From an uncultured Muribaculaceae bacterium (GTDB taxonomy: Bacteria > Bacillota_I > Bacilli_A > RF39 > UBA660): a DNA stretch of 64,000 nucleotides. Below are positions 49,870 to 59,269 of the stretch, one piece after another. The position numbers were made by a program, and so were the translations under genes. The stretch's first letter is position 1. The number at the start of each line of letters is the position of its first letter. Location of the stretch: the NCBI GenBank assembly GCA_964481005.1, contig CAYZRY010000001.1, positions 6,446 to 70,445 of the forward strand, read 5' to 3'. The notes under the pieces were generated by a model. That model saw only the letters and a list, made by a program, of their open reading frames with translations. It did not search any database and was not told where the DNA came from.

Positions 49870-51891
49870 ATGACAAAGAATTTAGTTATTGTAGAGTCTC
49901 CGAGTAAGAGTCATACAATTGAAAAATATTTAGGTAAAGACTATAAAGTTACTGCTTCGATGGGACATATTCGAGATTTAGCTACTAGTGGTAAATATGG
50001 TTTAGGAGTAGATACTGAAGGTGATTTCAAGGCTACTTATATACCTGTTGATGCTAAGAAGAAGGTTATCAGTCAGCTGAAGAAAGAGATTAAAGATGCT
50101 GATAGAATTATCCTGGCAACCGACCCGGACCGTGAAGGGGAAGCTATATCTTGGCATTTGAAAGAAGCATTAAATATCTCAGATGATAACTATGAGCGAG
50201 TTCTTTTTAATGAGATTACCAAAGATAAAGTATTAGAAGCTATTGCCAATCCTCGTAAGATTGACAATGATTTAGTTTTATCACAAGAAACACGTCGTAT
50301 TCTAGATCGCATTATTGGATTTAGATTATCTAAACTAATGCAGAGTAAAACAGGCGGTAAGAGTGCTGGTAGGGTGCAGAGTGTTGCACTTAAACTAATT
50401 GTCGATAGAGAACGTGAAATAGATGCTTTTGTGCCTGTTGAATACTGGACGATAACGGCTATTTTTGATGATTTTGAAGCGAAACTTTTTGCCTTTAATA
50501 ATAAGGATATAGAATTATCAAATGAAAAAGATGCTGATACTGTTTTAGCAGCACTTAGTAAAGAATTTAAAGTAGTTAATGTTGAAAAGAAATTAAAGGC
50601 TAAAAAGTCTAAATTCCCATTTATTACTAGTACACTTCAACAAGATGCAGCTAACAAACTGAACTTCTCTTCTAAAAAGACAATGACTGTTGCTCAAAAG
50701 CTCTATGAAGGAAAAGATATCGGTAGTGAAACAACTGGTCTTATTACTTACATGAGAACTGATTCGACTCGTCTTTCTGAAGAGTTCAGTAAAAGCGCTT
50801 TTGCTTACATTGCCAAAGAGTATGGTAAAGACTACATGGGTTATGTTAAGAAAGCTAAAGAAAAAGATAATGTTCAAGATGCCCATGAGGCAATTAGACC
50901 AACTTCGGTCAATAGGACTCCAGAGTCAGTCAAAGAGCATTTATCGACAGATGAATATAAGTTATACAGTTTAATCTACTATAGAGCGCTTGCTTCGCTA
51001 ATGGCTGATGCCAAAGTAAATGCTACTTCGATTGTTTTAGATAACAATAACTATCAATTTAAAGCAACTGGTCAAACACTAGTCTTCGATGGTTATTTGA
51101 AGGTCTACTCTGACTATGAGAGCAGTGAAGATAAAATTCTTCCAGAATTAAAAGAAGGAGAAGTCAGAAAAACTGATACGGTTGAAAAAGAACAACACTT
51201 TACTCAGCCACCAGCTAGATACACTGAAGCTCGTCTTGTCAAAGAGTTAGAGGACTTAGGTATTGGAAGACCATCTACCTATGCTTCGATTATTGACACT
51301 ATTAAAACTCGTGAATATGTCTATCTTGAAGATAAAAAGTTCAGACCTGCCGAAGTAGGTTATGAAATAACTGATCGCTTGCAAGAAGGATTTAAAGATA
51401 TCATCAATGTCGAATATACTTCCAATATGGAAGAAGACCTCGATAAAGTTGCCGAAGGAAGTATCAATAACGTTGAGTTCCTAAAAGCTTTCTGGGAGAA
51501 GTTTGAACCAATGGTCAAAACAGCTTTCAAAGAGATGGAGAAAAAACCTGCCGAAGAAGTCGGTGAGAACTGTCCTGAATGTGGTCATCCATTAGTTAAA
51601 CGTAAGGGTAAATTTGGCGAGTTTGTTGCTTGCAGCAATTATCCAACTTGTAAATATATCAAGAAAGAAAAGAAAGAACAAAAGATAATAGGTAAATGTC
51701 TAAAGTGTGATGGAAACATCATTGAAAAGACTACTAGAACTGGTAAAACTTTCTATGGATGTAGCAATTATCCTAAATGTAAAGTTGCAACCTGGGATAT
51801 GCCTATTATGGAAAAGTGTCCAGAATGTGAAGAAATGCTTGTCGAAAAAGATGGGAAAGTAAAATGCAGTAGCTGTGACCATACTAGATAA
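49870..51891 (+). CDS. topA: DNA topoisomerase I
   Basis: Toprim N-terminus (LVIVESPSKSHTIEKYLG). Catalytic Tyr region. Three C-terminal C4 zinc ribbons (CPECGHP...CSNYPTCKY). Confidence 0.95.
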   Translation: MTKNLVIVESPSKSHTIEKYLGKDYKVTASMGHIRDLATSGKYGLGVDTEGDFKATYIPVDAKKKVISQLKKEIKDADRIILATDPDREGEAISWHLKEALNISDDNYERVLFNEITKDKVLEAIANPRKIDNDLVLSQETRRILDRIIGFRLSKLMQSKTGGKSAGRVQSVALKLIVDREREIDAFVPVEYWTITAIFDDFEAKLFAFNNKDIELSNEKDADTVLAALSKEFKVVNVEKKLKAKKSKFPFITSTLQQDAANKLNFSSKKTMTVAQKLYEGKDIGSETTGLITYMRTDSTRLSEEFSKSAFAYIAKEYGKDYMGYVKKAKEKDNVQDAHEAIRPTSVNRTPESVKEHLSTDEYKLYSLIYYRALASLMADAKVNATSIVLDNNNYQFKATGQTLVFDGYLKVYSDYESSEDKILPELKEGEVRKTDTVEKEQHFTQPPARYTEARLVKELEDLGIGRPSTYASIIDTIKTREYVYLEDKKFRPAEVGYEITDRLQEGFKDIINVEYTSNMEEDLDKVAEGSINNVEFLKAFWEKFEPMVKTAFKEMEKKPAEEVGENCPECGHPLVKRKGKFGEFVACSNYPTCKYIKKEKKEQKIIGKCLKCDGNIIEKTTRTGKTFYGCSNYPKCKVATWDMPIMEKCPECEEMLVEKDGKVKCSSCDHTR

Positions 51892-51898
51892 TAAAATA

Positions 51899-51926
51899 AA
51901 ATCTTAGTTAAACTAAGATTTTTTTA
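51899..51926 (+). terminator. Rho-independent terminator after topA
   Basis: ATCTTAGTT-a-AACTAAGAT followed by TTTTTTT. Confidence 0.65.
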
Positions 51927-51937
51927 GTGTCATTATA

Positions 51938-51946
51938 TGTTATAAT
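51938..51946 (+). promoter_or_regulatory. Extended -10 (TGtTATAAT) upstream of polA
   Basis: About 18 nt upstream of the start codon. Confidence 0.4.
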
Positions 51947-51963
51947 TTTGATAGGTGATAAAT

Positions 51964-54570
51964 ATGAAAAAAGTTATCTTGATCGATGGGAATAACATTT
52001 TGTTTCGCAGTTATTATGCAACGGCATATACAGGAACAATAATGAGAAATAGTAAAGGTTTTCCAACTAATGGTTTATACGGTTTAATTAATATGTTAAA
52101 TAAAATAATAGCTGAAGAAAAACCAGTATATGTCATGGTTGCTTTTGATAAGGGCAAAACTTTTAGACATGATAAATATGAATCTTATAAAGATGGTCGT
52201 CAGGAAACGCCAAATGATTTAAAACTGCAGTTTCCTGTTGCTAAGAAATTAGTCGAAGCTATGGGGATGACCTATCTAGAAATAGATAATTATGAAGCTG
52301 ATGATATCATTGGAACATTTGCTAAGTGTGCCGCTGATGATCCAGAATATGATGCAACTATTATAAGTAGTGATAAAGACTTGTTACAGTTAATTACTGA
52401 TGATGTCGATGTCAAGCTTTTGAAACAAGTTGGTTTTGTTCGTATGAATAAAACTGAGTTTTTAAATACTTATGGAATAGAGCCAAAGCGCATGATTGAT
52501 TTGAAGGCTTTGATGGGAGATGCTAGTGACAATATTCCAGGTGTCAAAGGAATAGGGGAAAAAACGGCTTTAACGCTTCTTAAAGATTATCAAACATTAG
52601 ATGGTATTTATGAAAATATCGATAATATCAAAGGTAAATTGCAGGAGAAGTTAATCGAAGGTAAAGAATCAGCTTACATGAGTTATGATTTGGCAACTAT
52701 TCATACTGAAGTTCCAATTGATACTGATTTTGAAAAGATTACATACAAGGGATATGATCCATTAAAATACATTGAAATACTCGAAGAGTTAGAGTTTAAT
52801 TCACTAATTAAAAAACTTAACATTGAAAAAGATTTGATCAGTGGTAAAGCAACACCCCTTGAATATGAAATAATAAATGATATGAAAGATTTAAAGGTAA
52901 CTGATAACTTCAGTATCTATGCTGAGATTTTTGGTTATTCATATCAAACTGATGAACTACTTTCATTTGCCATTTATGATGGAAAAAAAGCATATTACAT
53001 ACCACTAGAGGTCATGTTAAAAGATCCAAAAATACTTACTAGTAAATATAATAAATATACATATGATGCTAAACGTTTGATGTATATACTTAAACGCTAT
53101 AATTTAGAAATAAGTAATCTAAGTGATGATATCTACATGGCTGCTTTTCTATTAAATTACAATGTCAAAGATGATATGACATATTTTATGAATAGTGAAG
53201 GAGAGCAGTTACAAAGTTATGAATCGGTCTTTGGAACTAAGCTTAAGTTAAAGATGCCTGATGGTGCTTTACTTGCTGAAACAGTTTCTAAGAAAGCTAA
53301 GTTTATCTATGATTACTGTGATAAGTTAGTAGCAGAGCTAAAAGAAGACTTACAATATGATCTATACAAAGATATTGAAATGCCCCTGGCTAAAGTACTG
53401 ATGGAAATGGAGTACGAAGGCATTAAAGTAGATGAACAAGAACTTGATAAAATCGGTGATAAGATATGTAAACGAATCGAAGAGTTATCAGAAAATATCT
53501 ATGCGATAAGTGGAGAAAAGTTTAACATTGCTTCGCCTAAACAATTAGCTGATGTTCTCTTTAAAAAGATGGAGATACCTTATCCTAAGAAAATCAAAGA
53601 TGATAACTATTCGACAAGTGTCGATATTCTTGAAAAGATAAGATTTGTCAGTCCTATTATCGATGATATTTTAGAGTTTAGAATGCTCAGTAAAATACAA
53701 GGTACTTATGTAAATGGACTAAAACAAGAAATAACTAGTGATGGAAGAATTCATACTATCTTTAATCAGATGTTGGCAAGAACTGGTAGACTTTCTTCAT
53801 CTAATCCTAATTTGCAAAATATTCCAATTAGAAGTGAAGAGGGAAGATTAATTAGGAAAGCTTTTGTGGCTGATAAAGATTCAGTAATTCTATCAAGTGA
53901 CTATTCACAAATTGAGTTGCGAGTTTTTGCACACATGTCCGAAGCTAGCAATCTAACTGATGCCTTTATACAAAATAAAGATATTCATACTAAGACAGCC
54001 ATGGATATTTTCAAAGTAAAAGAAAGTGAAGTGACAGCTAATATGCGCCGTGAGGCTAAAGCTGTAAACTTTGGAATAATATATGGAATATCAGCTTTTG
54101 GTTTATCCGAAGACTTGGGAATTGATATTTCCAGTGCAAAAAAGTTCATGGATGATTACTTAGCTACGTTCCCAGGAATTAAAGACTATATGGATACTTT
54201 GATTGCTGTTGCTAAACGTGATGGTTACGTAAGAACACTCATGGGCAGAAAACGTGTTATACCAGAGCTTCAAGATAAGAATTTTATGGTTAGATCAAAC
54301 GGTGAAAGAATGGCTCTAAATACTCCGATTCAAGGAACTAGTGCCGATATTTTGAAAAAAGCAATGATCGATATATATGAGAAATTTAAAGATAAGAACT
54401 TAAAGAGTAAAATGCTGCTTCAAGTTCATGATGAACTGGTCTTTAATGTTTTAAAGAATGAGCTGGAAACAGTTAAAAAGATTGTCGAAGATTCAATGGA
54501 AAATGCTTACAAACTATCTGTTCCATTAAAAGCGTCAATAAATGTCGGAGGTGACTGGTACGATGCATAA
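51964..54570 (+). CDS. polA: DNA polymerase I
   Basis: 5'-3' exonuclease N-terminus (VILIDGNNILFRSYYA). Polymerase motifs RRxxKxxNFGxxYG (REAKAVNFGIIYG) and HDE (LQVHDELVF). Confidence 0.9.
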   Translation: MKKVILIDGNNILFRSYYATAYTGTIMRNSKGFPTNGLYGLINMLNKIIAEEKPVYVMVAFDKGKTFRHDKYESYKDGRQETPNDLKLQFPVAKKLVEAMGMTYLEIDNYEADDIIGTFAKCAADDPEYDATIISSDKDLLQLITDDVDVKLLKQVGFVRMNKTEFLNTYGIEPKRMIDLKALMGDASDNIPGVKGIGEKTALTLLKDYQTLDGIYENIDNIKGKLQEKLIEGKESAYMSYDLATIHTEVPIDTDFEKITYKGYDPLKYIEILEELEFNSLIKKLNIEKDLISGKATPLEYEIINDMKDLKVTDNFSIYAEIFGYSYQTDELLSFAIYDGKKAYYIPLEVMLKDPKILTSKYNKYTYDAKRLMYILKRYNLEISNLSDDIYMAAFLLNYNVKDDMTYFMNSEGEQLQSYESVFGTKLKLKMPDGALLAETVSKKAKFIYDYCDKLVAELKEDLQYDLYKDIEMPLAKVLMEMEYEGIKVDEQELDKIGDKICKRIEELSENIYAISGEKFNIASPKQLADVLFKKMEIPYPKKIKDDNYSTSVDILEKIRFVSPIIDDILEFRMLSKIQGTYVNGLKQEITSDGRIHTIFNQMLARTGRLSSSNPNLQNIPIRSEEGRLIRKAFVADKDSVILSSDYSQIELRVFAHMSEASNLTDAFIQNKDIHTKTAMDIFKVKESEVTANMRREAKAVNFGIIYGISAFGLSEDLGIDISSAKKFMDDYLATFPGIKDYMDTLIAVAKRDGYVRTLMGRKRVIPELQDKNFMVRSNGERMALNTPIQGTSADILKKAMIDIYEKFKDKNLKSKMLLQVHDELVFNVLKNELETVKKIVEDSMENAYKLSVPLKASINVGGDWYDA

Positions 54571-55510
54571 TATAGTAGGTAAATATATGTTTTTTAGTGT
54601 ACTAACTAATTCAGTATTATCTTTACTAAAGATATTATTTGGTTTCTTAGGACATAGTAATGCTCTTTTTGTCGATGGTTTCCATTCACTATCAGATTTG
54701 ATTTCTGATTTTATTGCTATCTTTGGTGGAAAACTATCAGCAGCCAAAGAAGATGATAAACATCCTAAAGGTCATGGCAAAATTGAATACTTAACTAGTA
54801 TCGTCATCGCTATTATCATCACGGCGATGGGCTTTACTTTGCTACGCAACTCTTTCCTTGGTGCTAAAAAAGTCATACCTGATAACTATGTAATTATCGT
54901 TGCTTTAATAACGATAATCTCTAAATATGTTTTATCTAGATTACTAATTAGTAAGGGTAAAAAACATTCAAGCAATATACTTATTACATCTGGCCGAGAA
55001 TCATTTACCGATGTTTATACGACATCACTTGTTTTGATATCGGTAATTGCTAGTCAGTTTTCAAAACAGTTTTCATTACTTTCTTATGCTGACTTTGTCA
55101 GTTCGATCATTATCAGTGTCGTTATCATTGTCATCGGAGTTAAATTACTCGTTGAGAATTTATCACTGACAATAGGTGAACGAGAAATGGATTTGACTAA
55201 GCTTGTGGCCGTCGAAGAGTATCTTACTAAACTTCATCCCGATGTTACTTTGGGAGGCTTGGAACTAATTAAACTAGGTCAGTACTACGATGCTGAACTG
55301 ACAATACTACTGCCAAAGAAAACATCACTTGTCCATTCCCATGCTATATCTCATGAAATGGAAGAAAATTTAATTAATAGTGATTTTAATATAAGTCATG
55401 TGAATATTCATATCGAACCGAAAGAAGGTGAAGTAAATGCCGGAACTACCAGAAGTAGAAACAGTAAAGGAACGACTAAAAAAAGTAGTCCTAAACAAAA
55501 AAATAAGTAG
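54563..55510 (+). CDS. Cation diffusion facilitator (CDF) family metal efflux transporter
   Basis: 6 TM segments. HSLSDLISD and HxxxD motifs. GGAGGTGA RBS upstream of ATG 54563. C-terminus overlaps mutM by 74 nt. Confidence 0.8.
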   Translation: MHNIVGKYMFFSVLTNSVLSLLKILFGFLGHSNALFVDGFHSLSDLISDFIAIFGGKLSAAKEDDKHPKGHGKIEYLTSIVIAIIITAMGFTLLRNSFLGAKKVIPDNYVIIVALITIISKYVLSRLLISKGKKHSSNILITSGRESFTDVYTTSLVLISVIASQFSKQFSLLSYADFVSSIIISVVIIVIGVKLLVENLSLTIGEREMDLTKLVAVEEYLTKLHPDVTLGGLELIKLGQYYDAELTILLPKKTSLVHSHAISHEMEENLINSDFNISHVNIHIEPKEGEVNAGTTRSRNSKGTTKKSSPKQKNK

Positions 55511-56261
55511 CATTGATATATACTGGGATAATATTATTGCTGGTATTGATGCCGAAGAATTTAAAAACAAGTTAGTTGGTCAAACAATTAACGATATCAC
55601 CAGAAGAGGTAAATGGTTAGTTTTCCATTTGGATGATTATGTCATGCTTTCTCATCTTCGAATGGAAGGGAAGTATTTCTTAAAGGACCAAAATGAAGAG
55701 TTAGAAAAACATGAACATGTTGTCTTTAACTTTGATGATGGGACCAATCTTCGTTATCATGATACTCGTAAATTTGGTAAGATGCATCTAGCAAAAATGA
55801 GTGCTTGGACAAGCTATCCGGCACTAATGAAACTTGGATTGGAGCCTTGGGATGAAGAGCTGACTTCCGAGCATTTGAGAAAAGTTTTCAAGAGCAAGAG
55901 TCTGCCAATTAAAACAGTCTTACTAGATCAAAGTATCATTACTGGTATTGGTAATATATATGCTGATGAAATACTTTTTGCCAGCCGCATTTCACCGTTT
56001 AGAAAAGCCAACAAAATAACGCTCAAGGAAGCAAAGCTGATAATTGAAAATACTAAAAAAGTACTAGCAAAGGCCGTTTCAGAAAATGGAACAACCATCA
56101 GATCTTATGTTTCAGCCAAGGGCGTTACTGGTCATTTTCAAAATGAACTAATGGTTCATACAAAAGTAGGGGAGCCTTGCCCAGTTTGTGGGACAACTAT
56201 TATTAAAACAACTATCGGAGGACGTGGGACATATTACTGTCCTAAGTGCCAGGCAAAATGA
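55437..56261 (+). CDS. mutM: Formamidopyrimidine-DNA glycosylase (Fpg/MutM)
   Basis: MPELPEVETV N-terminus (catalytic Pro2). C-terminal zinc finger CPVCG...CPKCQ. Confidence 0.9.
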   Translation: MPELPEVETVKERLKKVVLNKKISSIDIYWDNIIAGIDAEEFKNKLVGQTINDITRRGKWLVFHLDDYVMLSHLRMEGKYFLKDQNEELEKHEHVVFNFDDGTNLRYHDTRKFGKMHLAKMSAWTSYPALMKLGLEPWDEELTSEHLRKVFKSKSLPIKTVLLDQSIITGIGNIYADEILFASRISPFRKANKITLKEAKLIIENTKKVLAKAVSENGTTIRSYVSAKGVTGHFQNELMVHTKVGEPCPVCGTTIIKTTIGGRGTYYCPKCQAK

Positions 56262-57109
56262 AAGATGGATTTTTAATAATTAATAAAGACGCTGGTATGA
56301 CTTCTCGCGATGTCGACAACATTATCATGCATAGCTTTGCTACTAAAAAAGTGGGACATCTTGGCACTCTTGATCCTTTGGCTACTGGTGTGCTTGTTTT
56401 AGCTCTAGGTAAAGCTCTTAAAGTAGTTTCATTAATCGAAGAACATGAAAAAAGATACAGAGCAACAATTACCGTTGGACTGCAGACAGACACTCTTGAT
56501 ATTACCGGTGAAGTGCTAAGTAAATCAGATGAACGCCCCTCTAAAGAAGAAATAATCGAAGTATTAAATAGTCTTCTTGGAGAAAATCTTTTAGAAGTTC
56601 CAAAATACTCAGCAATTAAAATAAATGGTAAAAAACTTTACGAATATGCTAGAGCTAATTTACCAGTCGAACTTCCAAAAAAGAGCATGACTTTAATAAG
56701 TTACAGTTTACTTGATTTTAATAAAGATAGTTTTGAAGTTGAAATGCATGTCAGTTATGGAACCTATATCCGTAGTTTAATTAATGAAATAGGAAAAAGA
56801 TTAAATGTTCCTATGACGATGAGTCAGTTAGAGCGCATATCTTCCGGAGACTTTCATATTGATAATTCAGTCCTAGCTGGCGAAGCTAGCCCTAAGAACC
56901 TTATTAGTATCGAAGAGATACTTAGCAAGTATCAAAGCATCAAAGTAGATGATGATCTAAAATCAAAGATATTAAATGGACAAATATTGCCTGATATATA
57001 TCATCAGTATCCAATTATTTTTCTTGATGAAGATGATAAGGTCATAGCTATTTACAAACAATATGAAAAAGATGAAAACTATGTAAAGCCACATAAAATA
57101 ATTAGTTAG
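56258..57109 (+). CDS. truB: tRNA pseudouridine(55) synthase TruB
   Basis: GFLIINKDAGMTSRDV...HLGTLDPLATGVLVLALG catalytic Asp motif. ATGA overlap with mutM stop. Confidence 0.85.
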   Translation: MKDGFLIINKDAGMTSRDVDNIIMHSFATKKVGHLGTLDPLATGVLVLALGKALKVVSLIEEHEKRYRATITVGLQTDTLDITGEVLSKSDERPSKEEIIEVLNSLLGENLLEVPKYSAIKINGKKLYEYARANLPVELPKKSMTLISYSLLDFNKDSFEVEMHVSYGTYIRSLINEIGKRLNVPMTMSQLERISSGDFHIDNSVLAGEASPKNLISIEEILSKYQSIKVDDDLKSKILNGQILPDIYHQYPIIFLDEDDKVIAIYKQYEKDENYVKPHKIIS

Positions 57110-57146
57110 AACTAGTTATTTTTTTTACTTAAATAATGTTATAATT

Positions 57147-57155
57147 AAATAGGTG
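57147..57155 (+). promoter_or_regulatory. Extended -10 (TGtTATAAT) upstream of the C1 peptidase gene
   Basis: Located 6 nt before the GTG start with AGGTGA RBS. Confidence 0.4.
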
Positions 57156-57160
57156 ATAAT

Positions 57161-59269
57161 GTGAATAATAGTAGAGTTAAAATATTATTTTCACTTTTGG
57201 CGATAGCTTTTTTGATATTGCCTTTTTATCGTGTCAAAGCTTTGGAACTTTGTCCTAAAAGTTATGAATATCAGTTATGGGAACAACGCAGTGATAGGGA
57301 TAAGTTCATAGCTCCCAAGTACTGTATGGAAAAGCGCGCAGTCCAGGAAGTATCAAAATTCACTGCGGCTAGAGCAGATATTTTACCAAGTAGTTTTGAC
57401 CTTCGTAATGAAGGAGGACAAAACTATACAACCGCAGTCAAAAATCAAGGTTTAACTGGTCAGTGCTGGGCTTTTACCACAACATCAGTGCTCGAGTCTA
57501 AGATGAAAAAAAGTGGTGATAGTGCTATTACTTTTAGTCCAAGACATATAGAGTATGCAACTAGTTATCAATTTACTGATGGAATAAATCCGCTTGGTTA
57601 TAACCGAACTGTTGATCAGGGTGGAAACTTTTACTATAGTTCTAATTATTTAATTAAAAATATCGGACCTGTCAAAGAAACTGACATGCCATTTTCTAAT
57701 GATGTATCATTAATTCCTTTAAGTGCAATCGATAAAGCTAATGTCCTAGATATCAATGAAGTTACATTCTTAGATTCATCAAGTGGATGCTCTTTGGTAA
57801 GTAGTGATATGAAAAAGAAAATAATGGCTAATGGTGCCATTGGTTCTCTAATATATTATGACAGCGCATATTACGACAGTTTTAGAGCTTCTTACTTTTA
57901 CGATGGAAGTAATTACAGTAATCATGCTGTAACGATAATTGGCTGGGATGACAATTATGATAGAACAAGATTTAAAAATCTTCCAAGTGCTAACGGTGCT
58001 TGGCTTGTCCAAAATTCATATGGAACAGCTTGGGGAGATAATGGGTATTTTTATATCTCTTATGAAGACGATAGAGTTTGTTCAAGTCTTTTCTCAGTTG
58101 ATAGCTACGACAAAGATTTAGAGAGAAATAACTATCGCTCGGATGTTCTAGGAATGAATTCAGCAATCGGTTATACAAACACAGATAGTACTTATGCAGC
58201 TTATACTTTTAGTCGCAAAACAAGTGATAGAGAAAAACTAAGTGAAGTTACTTTTGCTACAAATATAGCGGGTACATATGCAATATATTTAATCGATGGT
58301 GAAGAGAAAAACGTTACTAGTTTAACTCCTGACTATGTTGGGACAAGCACTGGACCATCGTATAAGACAGTTAAATTTGACAATGTCTATATGACTGGTT
58401 CTAAATATACAGTTATTATAAAGTATAGCGGAGCAGTTGGTTCTTATCATGTTCCTATCTCGCTAAAGATTCCTGGTAGTTATAGTAATTTCACTGTAAA
58501 AACAGGTGAGGGATTTGTCTCACGTGATGGAATAACTTGGACTGACTTAGCCGAAGAAAATGCTGCGCTTGTAATCAGTGTAAGTAGTGATAACGCTGAC
58601 TTAAAACTAAGTAATTTCAGTCAAAGTATCATTGATAATAAAACAGTTATTAACCTAGATGCCAACTATATAAAAGCTCCGAACAGCTTAACTTATAAAT
58701 TATTAAATGAAGCCAAAGAAGAATTAAGTATTACTACAGCTAATACCTTAGTTGAAAATAGACTAGAGGATATAACAATTACAAGCAGTAATATTTTAGG
58801 AGCAGGTCAATATGATCTAGTTATCAATTATGATGGAAGAGAGCTTGTTTATCAGTTTGTCATAGGTGAGCTTAGTCCATATAATTACAATGATTCAAAT
58901 ATAGTAAGAAGTAATTTTGATTTAAATTTTTATGTTCCAGGAGTCGATATAGCTACATTGAAGCAAGTCATTGGTGATAAAATTTTAGTTAATCAAGATG
59001 GAACTAATATAACTAGTGGGATACTAACTAGCAAGATGACAGTAAATTATCTTAGTGATACATTTAAAGTAATTATCAAAGGTGACGTGACAAGTGATGG
59101 CTTTGTCAAAATAAATGATTTAGCTAAACTGTCTAATTATCTTGTCAATGGTAATGGTTTAACAGCTGAAGAAATAATAAGTGCTGATATAACTGGCGAT
59201 GCAGTTTTTAAAATAAATGATTTAGCTAAGATGTCTAAATACATAGTAGATGGAGGTAGTTTAAAATGA
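57161..59269 (+). CDS. Secreted papain-like (C1 family) cysteine peptidase with C-terminal tandem dockerin module (702 aa)
   Basis: Signal peptide. Catalytic Cys NQGLTGQCWAFTT, His SNHAVTIIGWDD, Asn/Trp NSYGTAWGDNGYFYI. C-terminal duplicated Ca-binding dockerin segments GDVTSDGFVKINDLAKLSNYLVNG and ADITGDAVFKINDLAKMSKYIVDG (20-nt identical DNA repeat). Confidence 0.8.
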   Translation: MNNSRVKILFSLLAIAFLILPFYRVKALELCPKSYEYQLWEQRSDRDKFIAPKYCMEKRAVQEVSKFTAARADILPSSFDLRNEGGQNYTTAVKNQGLTGQCWAFTTTSVLESKMKKSGDSAITFSPRHIEYATSYQFTDGINPLGYNRTVDQGGNFYYSSNYLIKNIGPVKETDMPFSNDVSLIPLSAIDKANVLDINEVTFLDSSSGCSLVSSDMKKKIMANGAIGSLIYYDSAYYDSFRASYFYDGSNYSNHAVTIIGWDDNYDRTRFKNLPSANGAWLVQNSYGTAWGDNGYFYISYEDDRVCSSLFSVDSYDKDLERNNYRSDVLGMNSAIGYTNTDSTYAAYTFSRKTSDREKLSEVTFATNIAGTYAIYLIDGEEKNVTSLTPDYVGTSTGPSYKTVKFDNVYMTGSKYTVIIKYSGAVGSYHVPISLKIPGSYSNFTVKTGEGFVSRDGITWTDLAEENAALVISVSSDNADLKLSNFSQSIIDNKTVINLDANYIKAPNSLTYKLLNEAKEELSITTANTLVENRLEDITITSSNILGAGQYDLVINYDGRELVYQFVIGELSPYNYNDSNIVRSNFDLNFYVPGVDIATLKQVIGDKILVNQDGTNITSGILTSKMTVNYLSDTFKVIIKGDVTSDGFVKINDLAKLSNYLVNGNGLTAEEIISADITGDAVFKINDLAKMSKYIVDGGSLK

